From contig CM120645.1 in NCBI GenBank assembly GCA_051362555.1, positions 1,054,001 to 1,118,000 of the forward strand: 64,000 nucleotides of DNA, read 5' to 3'. Shown piece by piece: positions 27,501-41,755 of the stretch. The position numbers and the translations under genes were made by a program. The number at the start of each line of letters is the position of its first letter. Position 1 is the first letter of the stretch. The notes below the pieces were generated by a model. The model did no database searches. It saw nothing but the letters and a program-made list of their open reading frames with translations, and was not told the DNA's origin. This stretch comes from Lingula anatina. Taxonomy: Eukaryota > Animalia > Brachiopoda.

Positions 27501-29734
27501 ACATATCCCGGAAAAATAAGGTGTATGGAGGAGGGGGTTGGGGGTGGGGGTTGGTAATTATTTATAACATTATAAGACATTGAAAGAAACCCAATTATTA
27601 ATGCAATTATTGTGAATCACGATATCTTTTTTAGATGAGAATATTTAATTGTTCTAAAATAACCACGCAGCATGTTCAATTATTGGGAATTAAAATGGCA
27701 GGAAATCAATAAAGGAGAGGAAACAGTCTGCAATATTCTTTTCATGCAACTATTTTCAGCATCATAAAAACACTCCCACACACTATAAAATAACACACAT
27801 GCATACATAAAATGTAAAAAAGAAACTTAACTATACCTAACAAATTATAACAAAATTACATATGAAACACAACAAGCAATCAGCACTTAAGAATCAAATA
27901 AACTCGAGTGATTCGCCCAACACCAGTGATAGAATTAATCAATCGTGAGCGTTATCCACAGCAGACAGCAATGTGTGGCAGCCCGCAGCCCTAAAGGCCC
28001 GAGTTTGACAAAATATCACTGCTCATACACAGTGAGGTGTGAAGTCACGAGCCATATTGCCCCTCTGTGAATTTCTTACTCCACACTGGCCTTGCCTTCC
28101 CCAAATCTGATACCGTATTTCCATGTGCAATTGTCCTTGACCATGGCGGCGAAGATTAAACTGGGGACAAATTATTTGAAGGCTTTTGAAGGCATTCATG
28201 TGGCAACAGCTATTCAGAATACCTTCATTTCTACTGCAGTTGAAGAAGAAAAAAAATTGGGAAATTATTCGTCACACGATTCGTTTGACCGCAAAAAATC
28301 TGGACGGTGAAAACCGACACTAATTTTACCTTTCAATTTTGGGGTCAAATAAAAGTTGACTTGAGGAATGTCCTACTTTTGGCAGGTGTTATCTCCGCAG
28401 TTGTGAAACACATAAAATATGCAAATTTATCCAGCATTCATTTCGTTTTTTTTTTGTGTGTTGTAAAGATGTAAGAAAAGCTAATTTACCAATTTAAATC
28501 ATGTTATTCTCATAACATTTGTGAAGTACGAAAGTTTTTATTGAAGAGTTCCAAACAGTTGTCCTCGTGTAACTACTCAGTTACTTAAAATAAGCACACC
28601 TACACTTTGTTGTTTCTCCACAAAAAAATCTTTACTTAATATCAACGCCAGACGAAAAATAAGCATGGTTATCTAATTAAAGTCACCCTAAAGAATTCTC
28701 TTCGAAGCAGACCAATACTTTTGAATGGCGAAGGAGATTTATGTTCTTCATCCATAATTAATAAACGCACGCCTGGGATTTGACTGACTTTGGGGACGTC
28801 CTTGCAGACGATTGTGGTTTGCTGATACTCCTACAGTTAATGAAAAGAAGGACGCCGCTCAATGCTCTTCATGAATTAAAATGAGGTTCATTTCGCCATT
28901 ATAACTTAACCGTGGTTTAGGGCCCGAGAAGATAACTGGTTGGAAGCATGAAAAATAAATGCTTTGCAACCCCTATTGAAATCTAAAAAAAATTCCACAT
29001 TTTTAACAAAACTAATAAAAAATATATTCTTTTAACTCCGGTTTTTCAAAGGAGAGAAGTTTCAAGTCGTGAATTGCTTTTCCATTTTATCTAAAGAGTA
29101 CTTTATCTCATGATGAAACGTCATGCTCACAGCGTGAATTCTGAATAACATTACTTGCTCGCAGTTTTTATCTTCGTCCTTATCTCCATTAATCGTGTGA
29201 TATTCGTATTGATAACTCTTAAAATGCCTCCCCTGAACGTGTCGATTCATATTCATTAAAACTAAAGACCGGATAAACAGTAAAACTTTGAGTTAATTAA
29301 CATCAAGGTTATTTATCAACAGCTTAACTCTTCACCGCCTGGTCTTTAAAATAAAATTGGAACATATCTCGACCCCCAACCACCGTTGTGAATTATGAAA
29401 AAAATGAATTAATAAAATTGAACCAATCATACTGCACTTAAAGAGATTCTGGAACCCTTGAGCGAGTTTATTGTCTGGGATATTTCTGAGATTTTTAAGA
29501 CACAATGTTTGTGCTAGAATAATTTAACTTTTAACAAAATCTGACTTCTGCACATGAAGTCCTCAGGTACAAAAAGAACATCAAATATAGAGAATAAAAT
29601 GCCAAAAATAATGTAATATTAATACATGGATATAATATTAATAATATCAATTCTAATTTTAGTGAAAATAAAAATAGTGTTAGAGTAAAAAGAGTAAAAT
29701 AAAACACTGTCAGAGGTTTACTTGGTCCTCTGTT

Positions 29735-29737
<3 letters not shown>

Positions 29738-29778
<41 letters not shown>
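29738..29778. repeat. (TA)n microsatellite
   Basis: Direct reading. Confidence 0.95.
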
Positions 29779-29781
<3 letters not shown>

Positions 29782-29899
29782 AATGGGACAAATATGGTGG
29801 TTTCCAAAACTATCTACTCGCTTGGGGAAGGTCCCAGAATCCTTTAATCAACCCAAAGGTGAAATAGAAGCAAAATGTGCCTAATACCTGGGTACCGAC

Positions 29900-30126
29900 C
29901 TACGGGGAAAACGTGTCCGAAGATAGAGTGGCTTGTCCCTATATTCGTACAATTCCAGCGCATCCGTCGAAACTGCCACTGGCACTCGCTCAGCCCCTTC
30001 TTGGCCCCCTCCCCTATGGCCACGAGGGCGTCGGGCCGGCTTTGGCAGATGGCCCTCTGTCTCGGAGCCAGGCCGGGAATCTTGTTGCAAATGATGTTGG
30101 CTCCTAGAGCTACGACAGTCAGCGCA
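29900..30126 (-). CDS. Wnt7: Wnt7 coding exon 2
   Basis: Polypyrimidine acceptor cctttcttccag|T. Encodes [59 protein letters not shown]...IFGHVFPV, nearly identical to the vertebrate Wnt7a/b N-terminus. Donor GTAG|gtcggt, phase 1. Confidence 0.95.
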
Positions 30127-30194
30127 CTGGAAGAAAGGAGGAGGAAAAGGATCAGCCAGGGTCGAAATGAGGAGAGGAGACGGGCACAACACAT
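30127..30194 (-). CDS. Wnt7: Possible alternative in-frame N-terminus of Wnt7 (5' extension of exon 2 encoding a second signal peptide)
   Basis: ATG at 30194 is in frame with exon 2 and encodes [29 protein letters not shown], which looks like a signal peptide. The hydrophobic stretch coincides with the polypyrimidine tract, so it may be incidental. Confidence 0.4.
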
Positions 30195-33100
30195 GTGGTA
30201 GCGTCTCGCTGCACCGCGGGTCTTCAGGCGTCACGTCGAGGGCTGGGACCTGGTGGCCGACATTCGTGAGTTCGCCTGGGAAATCACAAGATGCGTCGTG
30301 GGGACAAAATCCTCGCTCCGTGGTTGTGTGCGCGCGCTCTCGCAGCGCCGCCACTGAGTGTCTGTTTGAAACCCCCTCAAAGCGCATAAAAAGTCGGTTT
30401 TTAACTCATCCTCAATAAATTGATAGTGGGACAAAGAACACGTGAGAAATAATAAATCCGATAGATAAAAAAACCCGTCTGCTTTTTCAGTTCTTTGAAA
30501 TTATTCCGAAATATCCCAGAATCGAAAGAGATCTAAGCACGGTGCTGTCCTAGCACGTCTTTTTGATGAGGCTGCTCAATGTCGTCTGCGTGCGTTGCAG
30601 AGCCGCGGTATGAAAATAAATGTGATGTCACAGGTGAGTGAAGACGAGACAGGCAAGTAGCACCTTACACAGATAGCGGTGGGAAATGGAACAAACACAT
30701 TTTACACCATCAGCAGAGGTAAAGGACGCTCTAAGCTGGGGAGAGGGGGGTAGGGAAATCCCGGGGGGAAATGACGCGGAGGAAGTGGGGGTTCTACTGC
30801 AGCGCCAAGGGGTGCCACGTGAGAATGACGTTTGAATCGTACCAATCACGATTTTTTACACCCAGTTACGGCTGCTGTATTTTTCCGTTAAACCAACATT
30901 TTTGTAACTTAGTAAAGGATACTTACAAGAACGTCCCGTCCACTGAGTGCAGCAGGTAGATCAGAAGAATTAAGAGGCGTAGGTAGGCCCCCGGTGCCAT
31001 ATTAACCGACCATTGCGTTACGGAGACGCGTCCCCAATCAACCGGATCCGTTTAATCCCCTTTAATCCGAGTTTTGTAATCCATAGTTTTGAGCAGGTGT
31101 TGCGTTCAACAGCGACTGTGAATGTGATACTATGTTACGACTTCTGTCTCAAGATTCGCCTTCTGATTGGTCGGGAACGCCGTGGTATGAATGTCATTAA
31201 ACTTCTCGTGCTAAGTGCACATCGAGGCGATTGGTTTGGCGGACGCGGGGTCACTTCTAAGGGGAGCGTTGCATCGCGCCTCACTTCATGCTTGGACGCG
31301 GATTTTTATCTCTCAGATCCGTAACAGAGCCAAACTAAGTGGTTAACGAGTAGTATCGGGTCAGGTATAGTCTTAACACGAGCCAGTCGCCGCTACTACC
31401 GGTAGGTGGATAGGAAGAGGCGGAGAAAGGCGAACTGCGTAAAAAATCGTTCACCCCTACTTGCGGAACAGAACACCGTAGTGACTAACGTAATGAACGC
31501 TGTTCTAATGTTTAACTGCCGTCATGCACCGCACTATACACTGTTAACCCACCATTAGACACAAGTGAATGGGCCTCCACCCCCCGTGCAAATCAGGAAA
31601 GAAAAAGTGATAAACAAACCGAGGCCGAAACACAACAAACGGTTAAATGGCAGTGCTCGGGTTGGTGAGTGGCACATATTGTTAGAGGCAGCTCTTCCAC
31701 GCGCGGGGAACAAAGCGAGACCACGTTGGAAAACACACGGTCATTGTGGACCTCAGAAACTATGTGTTTGGATTGAAAAATTATCAACAAAAGCCAAACT
31801 GAAATATTTTTCTTTCCTACTCTCAGCTGGTCCGAGTGGTCTACTCGAGGTGGGCAGTCACAAGTTGACCAACGTGTTCTGGCAGTTGGCCATCTACATT
31901 TTTTTCAGATGCCACCAACACTTTTCCATTCATTACTCTCATTACTCTCACTTTTCATTGCTGCGTTGAAAATAAAGACAACTTGTTCGTCGGTAAAAAA
32001 AGAATTTATGTTCAAATTTATAACACACCATTTTATAAAGCGTTATATTAGATGTTTATAACTTTTATCTCTGTTATTTCAGTATGATTCTTTTTTATGT
32101 TTACTGTATTGTGGGATGACGTTGGTTATTATAGCTTTCTTACCCTTGACAATATCTAATAAAGATAAAACCGATATTGTCTGTAATAAGGCTTGTCTTG
32201 ATTACTCGACGACAGACGCGACACCCTCTGACTAAATTTGGAAGCAGACGGCGTGGGTTTTTTTGCCCGTCAGTCATAATTCGGCTTCTTAAAAAATTGT
32301 CTATGTAATCGTTCAACCATTTTACGGACAGGGTGTTTACTAACGCACCGAAAAATTCTTCGTCATTCTACCAACCTGACTACACTGTTACTAAAATAAA
32401 GCCTACCTGTCAATCTCAAAAAATAAAGATCACAAATTCGCTCATTGTTACACGGATTGAAATAAAGAGACGGCACTTCGAAGAAACCCCCAACACACTT
32501 AACCCCGAGAGTGTACAAATGGGGCCATTCTGCAAGTTACAACACAATGAACGCTACGAGAGCACTTCACTGAAGTAGCTCTTAAAATTTACCTATAAGA
32601 GCCCTCGAGAGAACGCGGCTTTCTTCTGCCATGCATGCCTGCACTGAGCTTAGCATACAGACACTGGCAACAGTAGCGCTTCAAGTTCCGGCGTGAAGAC
32701 AATCTATACCCACTCCATCGCCTGTCAACCTCCTCAAACGCCAATCGAAATATAAATCCATTTAAAAGAATAATTTGATTTAGTGACAGCAGTTTGTGGT
32801 GTCACTATGGGCAAAAAACAGAGGGACAATAAGCGTGTCACTTCAAGAGGTGCTTTACCTGTGTGACTGAGCTCAAGGAATAACGCAATTACAGGATATA
32901 AATTCTAAACTTGTTTTCGTGACGACAAATACAGTAACGATTTGAACAAAAACAAGGGGACAAAACAGACATTTTCGAGTTTATGCTCCATGTTGAAAAG
33001 CCAAAAATAATCTTGTGAAGTAGTTGAGTGACTGAAGATGGAAGGAGTTTAATACTTGACATTTGAGTGATGGGGATGCGACGATTTGAACATAGAAACA

Positions 33101-33630
33101 CGTCTTTATAATTTGGCGGAGAGCGCGTGCTTATGAATGCGCACACGCGCGTGCATGCAAAAATGCATATAATAGTGTGACATTACTTAAAGTGAATGTC
33201 TTTTCAATGCTCAAACTATTGTATGTAATTTTACGTCAACGAATGTCTTGGTTTTGTCAATATAACATTCTGAGCGTTCCTGAATCACTGTTAAGGTATA
33301 TGGACTTAGACGGAATGGGGTCATTTTAATATTTCAAGAGGGGGGGGGGGTGCGTATAGGTAGGCAGTGCTATCGTAAGTATAATTTCTTCAAGAAAAGG
33401 AGTACATTTTATTTGTGGTTGATGAAATTTATTGACAGGTGCTCAATATTCTTGATATATTATCAGAGGAATGACTGGAATTAGACCTAATGTATGCACT
33501 TGGTCAACACAGGTAAAACCATATTGTATTTTATAAATGATTAGTCTTTGCAAACATGGCTGTTGATATATGATATCGAAAATAACGAAGCAAATCAAGT
33601 GATTCCAAAAAGGAATGTGTGTGTTGACGG

Positions 33631-33680
<50 letters not shown>

Positions 33681-36493
33681 TTTACTAAGGAAGAGGAGTT
33701 ATCGTTTTTATTAATGACCACGAGATGAACTAATCAGGAAAAAACGATAAACAAAACCAAAAAAGTTGTAAAAATCCCAAAGCAAAGATGTTTAAGCCTG
33801 CAGGTCACAAAAACCAAATAAAAAGAACAGCCTTTTGAAAGGAAGCGAGTTCAGTAAATCACGCCCTAAAAATAAATCACCATTTACGTCCGCAGCCATC
33901 TCGTGAGGGATGCAGCCAGTTGATGGCAAAACTATGGCTGCCGTAACCACCTAATGAAATTCCAATTAAAACCCAGAATCTCCTTTGAAAGGGGTTTAAG
34001 GGCCACAGTATATTTTGGGTCAATATTTACCTTTATATTTGCCTACACAGTTTGTCCAAATGCCCTGACTTTTAGGAGCAGGAAATAAAAATGTTTTGAA
34101 ATGTTTACCCCATCAATCCCTTCGTTACAATAAAAATCGCGGGATGCTTTCGACATGAAATTCAACATGCCATCGACTTCACACCGTACAACGTCGCCAA
34201 ACGCCCTCGAAACACGTCACTCAGGGAGTCGTCAAATACCTAGGGCTTTTTCACGATTCCTCGTAAGAGGTCCTCGAAGACGAATAATTTAATTTCTAGT
34301 CCACAGCAACGACTCTTGTTACAGTCAAATGAAATGAGTCCCTCAGGATTTGCAAACATTTGCAGCAAACACGGACTTTCTGAAACCGTGTTTGGACAAA
34401 TGCGGTCTCCATCCGATATAGCGCTACCTAATAGGCCTATTAAGATGTTCGATGCCGGTGGAATAGGTAGACTGTCGTCGTTGCAGGGTTATGTCTCCAA
34501 TAATGCTGTAAATGTTATACAAGAAAAAAGGAGCAGTTCTTATTGAGTTGAGCATGTTGTTGTTGTTGTTGTTGATGTGTATGTGTATGTGTGTGTATGT
34601 GCGCGCGCGCAAGGAGGGGCCTTACATATTAAATATTGTAGAGACGATCGCCAATATCCCCTTCCTTTGCAGAAATCTTTTAATTCTTTAAATAATTCAT
34701 TCAAATTATTTTTAAGGGGAACCAGAAAGATGACTTCTTTATAACATTCCCAGAGAGATATATGTGTTGTGTCCAATTTTATATTTTTAATAAAGTTGAA
34801 AAGCGATCTCTATGCTATATTAGAAGAGACAGAATAAGCCATCTCTCTTACAGACATTTACAGGACGACATAATTTTTGGAGGTTATTCTAATTGTCCGT
34901 ATTAAAGTTTAAAGGGACAACATCGGTCGCAACTGAAAGAAATTTGCTCAAGCTATTTCACAAAAGAATAACCTACTACAAGTACCTGCTGATGGGCAAA
35001 GTTACGCTTTAAGTTTTGGAAGAAAGAAATGTCCCATCCTATACTAGTAGATCTATACGTAAGGGTTATAGTTGTTCACGTGTTAGTGTAAAGAGGATTT
35101 CCAACATCCTGAAGTCCTATTCAGCCAAACAATTGTTACGAATAAAGAGTTCGGGTGCGTCATGATCGTCCCATCCTATTGATTGATTCATTTATTTATC
35201 ATTGATTCATTCATCATAGTGTCACGTGTTATAATATATTAAACACCCTAATCTTCGGGCACATACCATGTTTTATACGCTGTGCCTTGTTTCAGTCTTA
35301 TGTTATATTTATACTGTTTTATATATACTGTGATTGTAAAATTTGACAGTTATTTTAATCTTCTTATCGCATTTTTTATTTATTGACGTAAAATAATTGA
35401 AGTACTGGCAGTCGAGCAAATACATTTGCTTTTCATTGCACGCATATTGATACGCTAACATTACGCATACATTGTTTAATACGTCTTTAAGATGAGAACA
35501 ACTAATTAGATAATTGGAAGTTGATAATAAAATGCGTAAAATACGCTTGGTGATGGAGAGTAGGGCATGTCACTGAAGGGATCGAGTGGCTTGTTCCGGT
35601 TTAGACACCTGCGCTAATTAAAACGAGACGAGGTAAGGAGTGGAAAAAAAGAAATGTCTGAAAATCAGGTGAATTTTCTTCTTTTGGGAATGTAAAAGAT
35701 ACCAATGCGTCAAATAAGACGCTCGAAGAAGATTGAATAGGTATCGGTGACGTCATTGTTTCCGCTATTTCTCTCTCTCCTTTTTTGATTATTTTTTGAG
35801 ACCACCCAAAATCAAACTCAATCTATCTTTCAAATACGATGTATAGTTTTACTCTTGCGAGTGCTACGTGTGAAAGAGAGATGATAGGTGACTCTACAAC
35901 ATTAGTGTGATATAGATTTAAACATCTTTGAAAAAAGGAGGGATGGCGAACTTGAATGTAAGTTTACTTTTTTTTTGCAAGCAAAAAAGAGTCCCATCCA
36001 AATGAAGATTACAAATAATGGTATGATGTGTAAATAACAGATTGAAAAACATAAAAAAGACGCTTGATTATAAATCGCAATATTCACCAATATCAACGAC
36101 TCTAATAAATCAGTTTTTTACCTCTCGCACTGCAGTAGTAATGTATAATTTATCAGTAAGATGGCGCAGCCAGGAATAATCTAGTAACCGCGATAAACTG
36201 TATTTACTCGCACATCGCTTCAATCAAATATAAAGTTGTCATAAATTCATAGATAGCTCATATTATCAGCCAATTGACAGTCTGTGTGTTGATCTTAATA
36301 CAACGAGGACGGCCCGGGCGCCTCTCCGTTGCGAAGGTGTTTGCGGACTTGACGTGAAGACGATTACATCGTTTGGTTAAGCACCATCCGAGTGAGGAAA
36401 AATAGCCTTGTTATTATTATGAGCTTGATTTGAGTCTATAATTCACACCAATTATGTTGACATTGCAGAAACATACTTTTGGCATTGCCTAAG

Positions 36494-36496
<3 letters not shown>

Positions 36497-36537
<41 letters not shown>

Positions 36538-36740
36538 AATTCAAAAAAGAATAAAAATAAGATACAAATATAAGGGTGACTCGAGTAGATCTTTTTAAAT
36601 GAAACTATGCAAGTATGTGCATGGACACATACTCATTCACATACACACGTGCACACACACACACGCAAAGAGAGAGAGAGAGAGAGAGGGAGATAGAGAG
36701 AGAGAGAGAGAGAGAGGGAGGGAGGGAGGAACAGAGAGAC
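36497..36740. repeat. (CT)n and (CA)/(GA)n microsatellites
   Basis: Direct reading. Confidence 0.9.
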
Positions 36741-37530
36741 GCTGTATCTTGATTAATGTGACGGACCACTAAAGATCAAGCCATCTTATCAGCTCAGTAC
36801 ACATGGCGTTCAAGTTATAGATTTCCCCGTGCATTAGAATTCCGTGCTCTAGCTGGGACACCATCCTGTCGAGTAGAACGCCATGGCGAGCCCGTCCAAA
36901 CTTCACCGTCATCCCTTCACAAAATAGACCTCCGCAGACGATTCTCGTGTATTAAGTAGCGAAATGTCGTAATATATCAGCTAAACAGAAGATGCCCAAG
37001 TCATTTAACTGAAGTCAAACCCATTTTGATATCTCTGTATAATATCTGTCATATGATACCTTTCTTAGTCAGGTTTATCTTCTGTCTGTTGTTCTGTCTT
37101 ATGAGTATTAAATGCAGGATTGGTGGGCTTATTGCTTCTAGTTTAGAGTACTTTAAAGATGCTAAGGAATTAGATGTCACATGTTTTACAAATGGGAGAA
37201 GGCAGACGCGAGAAGAATGAGGTATACGGAAGGTACTGGTAAACTACGATTTCTGTTGACGAAACTGTGCTGAACCTGCCTTGTTGAAAGAAGAACGGAC
37301 GTCTTCAAAGTTCGCTGAGTGGAATATAATGCACAGATTCATTTACGTAGGTGCGCGTACTAAGACCAAGCAAAGCCTAGACACTTAGGGTATTCTAGAG
37401 AAAATAATGCGTACATAAACATTGAAAGCTGATGATACTGTCATTCAATTTGCTCAGATTAGATCACTCCTATCGATCCATTACACTCGATGATTACTCG
37501 ACTTCAGGCAACGGCAGTAAGAAAACTTAC

Positions 37531-37610
37531 CCTGGATGGGCGATTCTTCCATTCAAAGACGACAACGAGCAGACGATCAAAAGGAAGCTGATTCGGAAAA
37601 CTGCTACCAT
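37531..37610 (-). CDS. Wnt7: Wnt7 coding exon 1 (signal peptide)
   Basis: Not in the ORF track; read by hand. acataATGG (strong Kozak, A at -3 and G at +4) encodes MVAVFRISFLLIVCSLSSLNGRIAHP, then GG|gtaagt, a consensus donor in phase 2 that matches the phase-2 acceptor at 30126 (GG+T = Gly, then [15 protein letters not shown]). Confidence 0.8.
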
Positions 37611-40119
37611 TATGTCGCCGCGCTCCTGAGACGGAAAGACACCACCGACATTTTTATCTTGGTTTATATTCTGTCAGATGGTGGAAGCACACTTTCTCAT
37701 CTTTTTAAAAGTTGTTGCCTTTTAAACAACTGTTTCTTTTTCAATGGAGCTAGCCCTCTTGAGTTCTTAAGATGGTTTTCAAGAATCCCTTCAGGGGGTG
37801 GCGTTAGTGTTGACTTGGACGCTCATTGGTCGGAAATGTCGTCTGCAAACGCGAACGTGAAAATCCTTGGTGCTCTCTCGAAAGGAAAAAAACTACTTGA
37901 AAAACGTGAAACACGCGAACTGATCTAAATCTAAGTTGGTTTCAAGATCCTTTGTACTCGATCACTATACGTCATTTTATTCCGGTGGTCTCGTTAGAGG
38001 GTGTCAGGGAATAATCTCCGCAATTATATCGCCTTCTCTTGGAGCACATCGCCAGCCTTGGTCTCGGTCGTCTGGGTTTACCTCCTACCTTCAGACCCGC
38101 AAGGTCGCCATGTCTTTAAAAAATTAGCCTTGTCAGGTAATGGAACGCGATCTGACGGCTCGGTGCGCTGCCTTTGTGGCGTTAATAAAAACACACTATT
38201 TCAAAAACGATTCTCTCGTTTTGGCAGGGCGATTGATTCCATCTTGGACAATGAACTGTCTAGCACACGCGGAAGGAAGATGTGACGAAACGTTACTCGA
38301 ATTGTAAAAAGATCACTCCTTTTTCTTTGTCGTTTCCACTTTTTTCTCTCGCTGATGAGTAAGTCTGATATCAGAATAGAGTAATTATAACGTTACATTA
38401 CAGCTGCCACCACTTAAGTAAACCTCGTTTTTTGTTGGGCATCCCCAATTCCTGATCTGTCACGTTCTCGTCTGCGGAACTGTTCAAACGCAGACGATGC
38501 ACAGCAGACGACATGTAACGATTACACACGATGTTGGTTTAATTTACCTCATCTCGAGTGCGCGCGGTGTGACACTCGCCAGGCGACGTTATCTCGCTTG
38601 TCGCAACAACCCAGAGTTGGTGGAGTAAAAACTCTCGAGAGCGCTGCCCGCGGCAAGGAGGCCTCCTTCGATGGAAGCCTACAATCGACGCGTGCGACAT
38701 TTTTAGCGCTCAGCTTTTCACACGATATATTTTTAGTTTTCTCTCCTCTGCAGTCTGTTGAATTCCCAACTCAGTGAAAGAGCAAACAGTTCGGTTCCAT
38801 AGTCCTACACGTTCCCTACACTCCTCAAACAGTGGGAGATATTTGATATTGAAACGGGGTTACAAGTTTAAGATTGAAAACAATTGAAAGTTTTATTTTT
38901 AGTTTTATCTGCATGTTATATTGTCGCTCATTTAATGGTAAATGCTATTACTCGAGATCCATTTCACAAGTACAGTTTCAATGAGCCAACAGATCTATTC
39001 AAAACAAGACAATCTCATCAATTTTGTTTTGTTTTTTTTTAATGTAAGAAATGCTAGATTTATATTCACTAACACTATTGACTAACATTATAAAACGTAT
39101 GCATAGAACAGCGATACCAATCTGTAGATAATTAATAATCTGTTATCTCCAAATTTGAAGAAATAAGCAATTTTTAGAATAAGTGATGGGTAATGCAATG
39201 TAGATAAACATTTACAGAAGATAAAATGTCATAGAGCTGAATTGCATGAACATAAAATTTCACTGTCCAGGAATAAAACTGTACACAGTAGCAACATTTT
39301 CATTCATTGAACCAATAAGCCAACACTTGAGGGTTCTCAGAGGCAGTCAGCCGTAAAAAATGATCACGTGATGCAAATACTTCAGCAGACGACAAATAGC
39401 TCGTCAAACATGGCCACGTCACAGAAAGCGTCTTAAATATCGATTCTAGATTCAATGGAATGGCTGAAGAGCGACCTTAGCCACCTTGGTGAGATTAGAC
39501 ACCCACGCATTTAAGATGAAGTAAACGCAATCTAAACATCTTATCGGCAATATATTTAATGAATGATCAGTGACGTTTAACGAAACTATGTGAAAAATAT
39601 ATTGAAAGAATAAACCCTGCGGTGAAGAAGGGTTAGTTCTTTAATGAAATGAAATAATGTGGTGAAATAGGTTGTGATTGTCTTTTCTGTAAAGGTGGCA
39701 TAAGAGTTCATCGGCGAGAGAGCTAAGTGACCAAGACAATTTGACCAAACATCGAAACATCACGCTAATAAAAAAATGCTTATGGTCGCTATTAAAATAA
39801 TTTACGTTTACAGTAGAAAAATATGTATTACCTTAAAACCCAATTTAGAATAACCCGTTCAATTGGAGTGTGCTTTTACTCCATACAGGTTCATAGATAT
39901 TTTGAAAAAAAATGGGCAAAAAAATTTGAATTATCTTCCTTTATTTCTTGATTGGCACAATTTTCCAGCTTATCTTTATCCGTGTTATTACTGCTGTTTA
40001 GTTAGTATAGTAGGAAGGTGAGTAGTTATGCGTAGATGTAAGTAGGTACATGTATGTAGCCTACACATAGGTATGAGAAGCACCTGTGGGCAAAACTAGG
40101 TGCGCAGACAGGCAGGCAG

Positions 40120-40535
40120 GCATAGGTAAGTATAGGTAGGCACATGTGAGAACAGGTAGGTATAGGTAGGTACATATAGGTACATGCAGTAATAGGTAGG
40201 TACATATAGGTACATGTAGGTATAGGTAGGTAAATAAAGGTGCATGTAGGTAAAGGTAGGTAGACATAGGTACATGTAGTTATAGGTAGGTACATATAGG
40301 TACATGTACGTATAGGTAGGTACAGGCAGGTCCATGTAAGTAGAGGAAGGCACATGTAGATACATGTAGGTACAGGTTGGTATAGGTAGGTACATAAAGG
40401 TACATGTAGGTATAGGTAGGCACATGTAGGTACAGGTAGGTATAGGTAGGTACATAAAGGTACATGTAGGTATAGGTACATGTAGGTACAGGTAGGTTAA
40501 TTAAGGTACAGGTAGGTTAATATAGGTAGGTAGGT
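40120..40535. repeat. Minisatellite built from 10/30-bp units (e.g. tacatataggtacatgtaggtataggtagg)
   Basis: Direct reading: repeated AGGT/TACATG decamers. Confidence 0.9.
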
Positions 40536-41527
40536 CAGTGGATACATTAAGGAAGGTATATAGCTAGGTATATACAGTAGGTTAATCTGATGAAAGATTG
40601 ATTGATTGAAACAATGACGGATCATTATAATCATAATTTATTCTTATATGACGCATTCCATTAAAATACTCCTAATACGCCTTACAATTGTTTTAATTAA
40701 AAGAGCCAAATGAAACGATTTAAAAGAATTAAATAATAATATTACAAGTCATTAAGATTTAAAATGACAAATTTGAGGGCTAAAAATGGCAAATCATACA
40801 ATATTTGAATAAATAGATTAAATAATTTGATGAGCTGATAAATGTTTTTTAAAAATCAATAAATAGATCTATTTATATATCTATATATAATTATATGCTC
40901 ATGTAAGCACATTTCGTCAATCAACCTTGTTCTAATCCAATACATCGTCTAATGCAATAATATTACAGGCGGTATTCCTGAACGGTTGACACAGGCTGAT
41001 AAGGTTAGGAGTTTTAAGTAAACGTGACCCGGGGAGATGTGGCAATAACGGGCAATTAATTAACTTTAAGCACGGAGAGGGGATGGGGCCCTTCAGACGC
41101 TGTGATACGGTCCATTCAGACGGGAATCATTTAAGACCGAAATCGGTCCCACTTGCGTCGCCAGAGAACTAGATGAATTATTATGGTGATTTAATGCCCA
41201 GAGAGTGAGAGAAAACACTGTGCACTTGACTGTAAGATATGTGGTTAATGGTTTTAATGGTTTGGTGACGTGAGTTTGTCTGTTGATCGGTCTGAAGTTG
41301 AACTTTTCTGTCCAGACGTCCAGAGAAGAGATTTATGACGGCACTTTCCTCAGCACCGATACATTTTCGTTCTCTGTAGTGTTGTCACCCAACCTTCGAC
41401 GGTGTGACCATAATATACAACTAAAAACTATTCTGAATGCGAATCTTGGAAATAAAAGCCCACCTGTCCTCCCCCCCCCCCCACTTCCTCACCCAAACCC
41501 ATCCCACGCCCCCCCCTCCCCACTCAC

Positions 41528-41755
41528 CAAAACCTTCGGACCGCATGTGTTTCTATATACTACAGGTATATTCAGTCCACTTCGGTAAGATCAAAGAAGT
41601 CGTAGTCACGGGAGTCTCCTATGATATTGACACAGTGTTGTGGTTTTCCGTCCAACACCTCCGCTTTCTCAGGGAGGTGAGGCAGTCCTGGTGATGGACG
41701 TAAGTACTCCCATGAGACGGTGAACATATGCTGGCCATATGGTGCTACCTGCCAC
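41528..41755 (-). other. Candidate non-coding (5' UTR or lncRNA) exon upstream of Wnt7
   Basis: Strong acceptor tttttttcccctcccag| and donor ttttg|gtgagt followed by G-runs. Stop codons in all three frames. Confidence 0.35.

Noticed and set aside
26945-27580. 211-aa ORF in Wnt7 intron 2
   Set aside because: Low-complexity, contains CT-repeat-derived sequence, has no domain similarity I can recognise and no fitting splice sites.
29885-29890. Alternative donor CCAG|gtatta 12 nt downstream of the Wnt7 exon 2 end
   Set aside because: It is in phase, but would insert 4 aa relative to the conserved spacing before 'GSREAA'; the donor after 29900 fits homologues better.
29881-30387. 168-aa minus-strand ORF and plus-strand ORFs overlapping Wnt7 exon 2
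   Set aside because: Alternative-frame or antisense shadows of a GC-rich coding exon.
40026-40481. 151-aa and 119-aa Y/T/C/P-rich ORFs
   Set aside because: Products of the minisatellite, with no splice or homology support.
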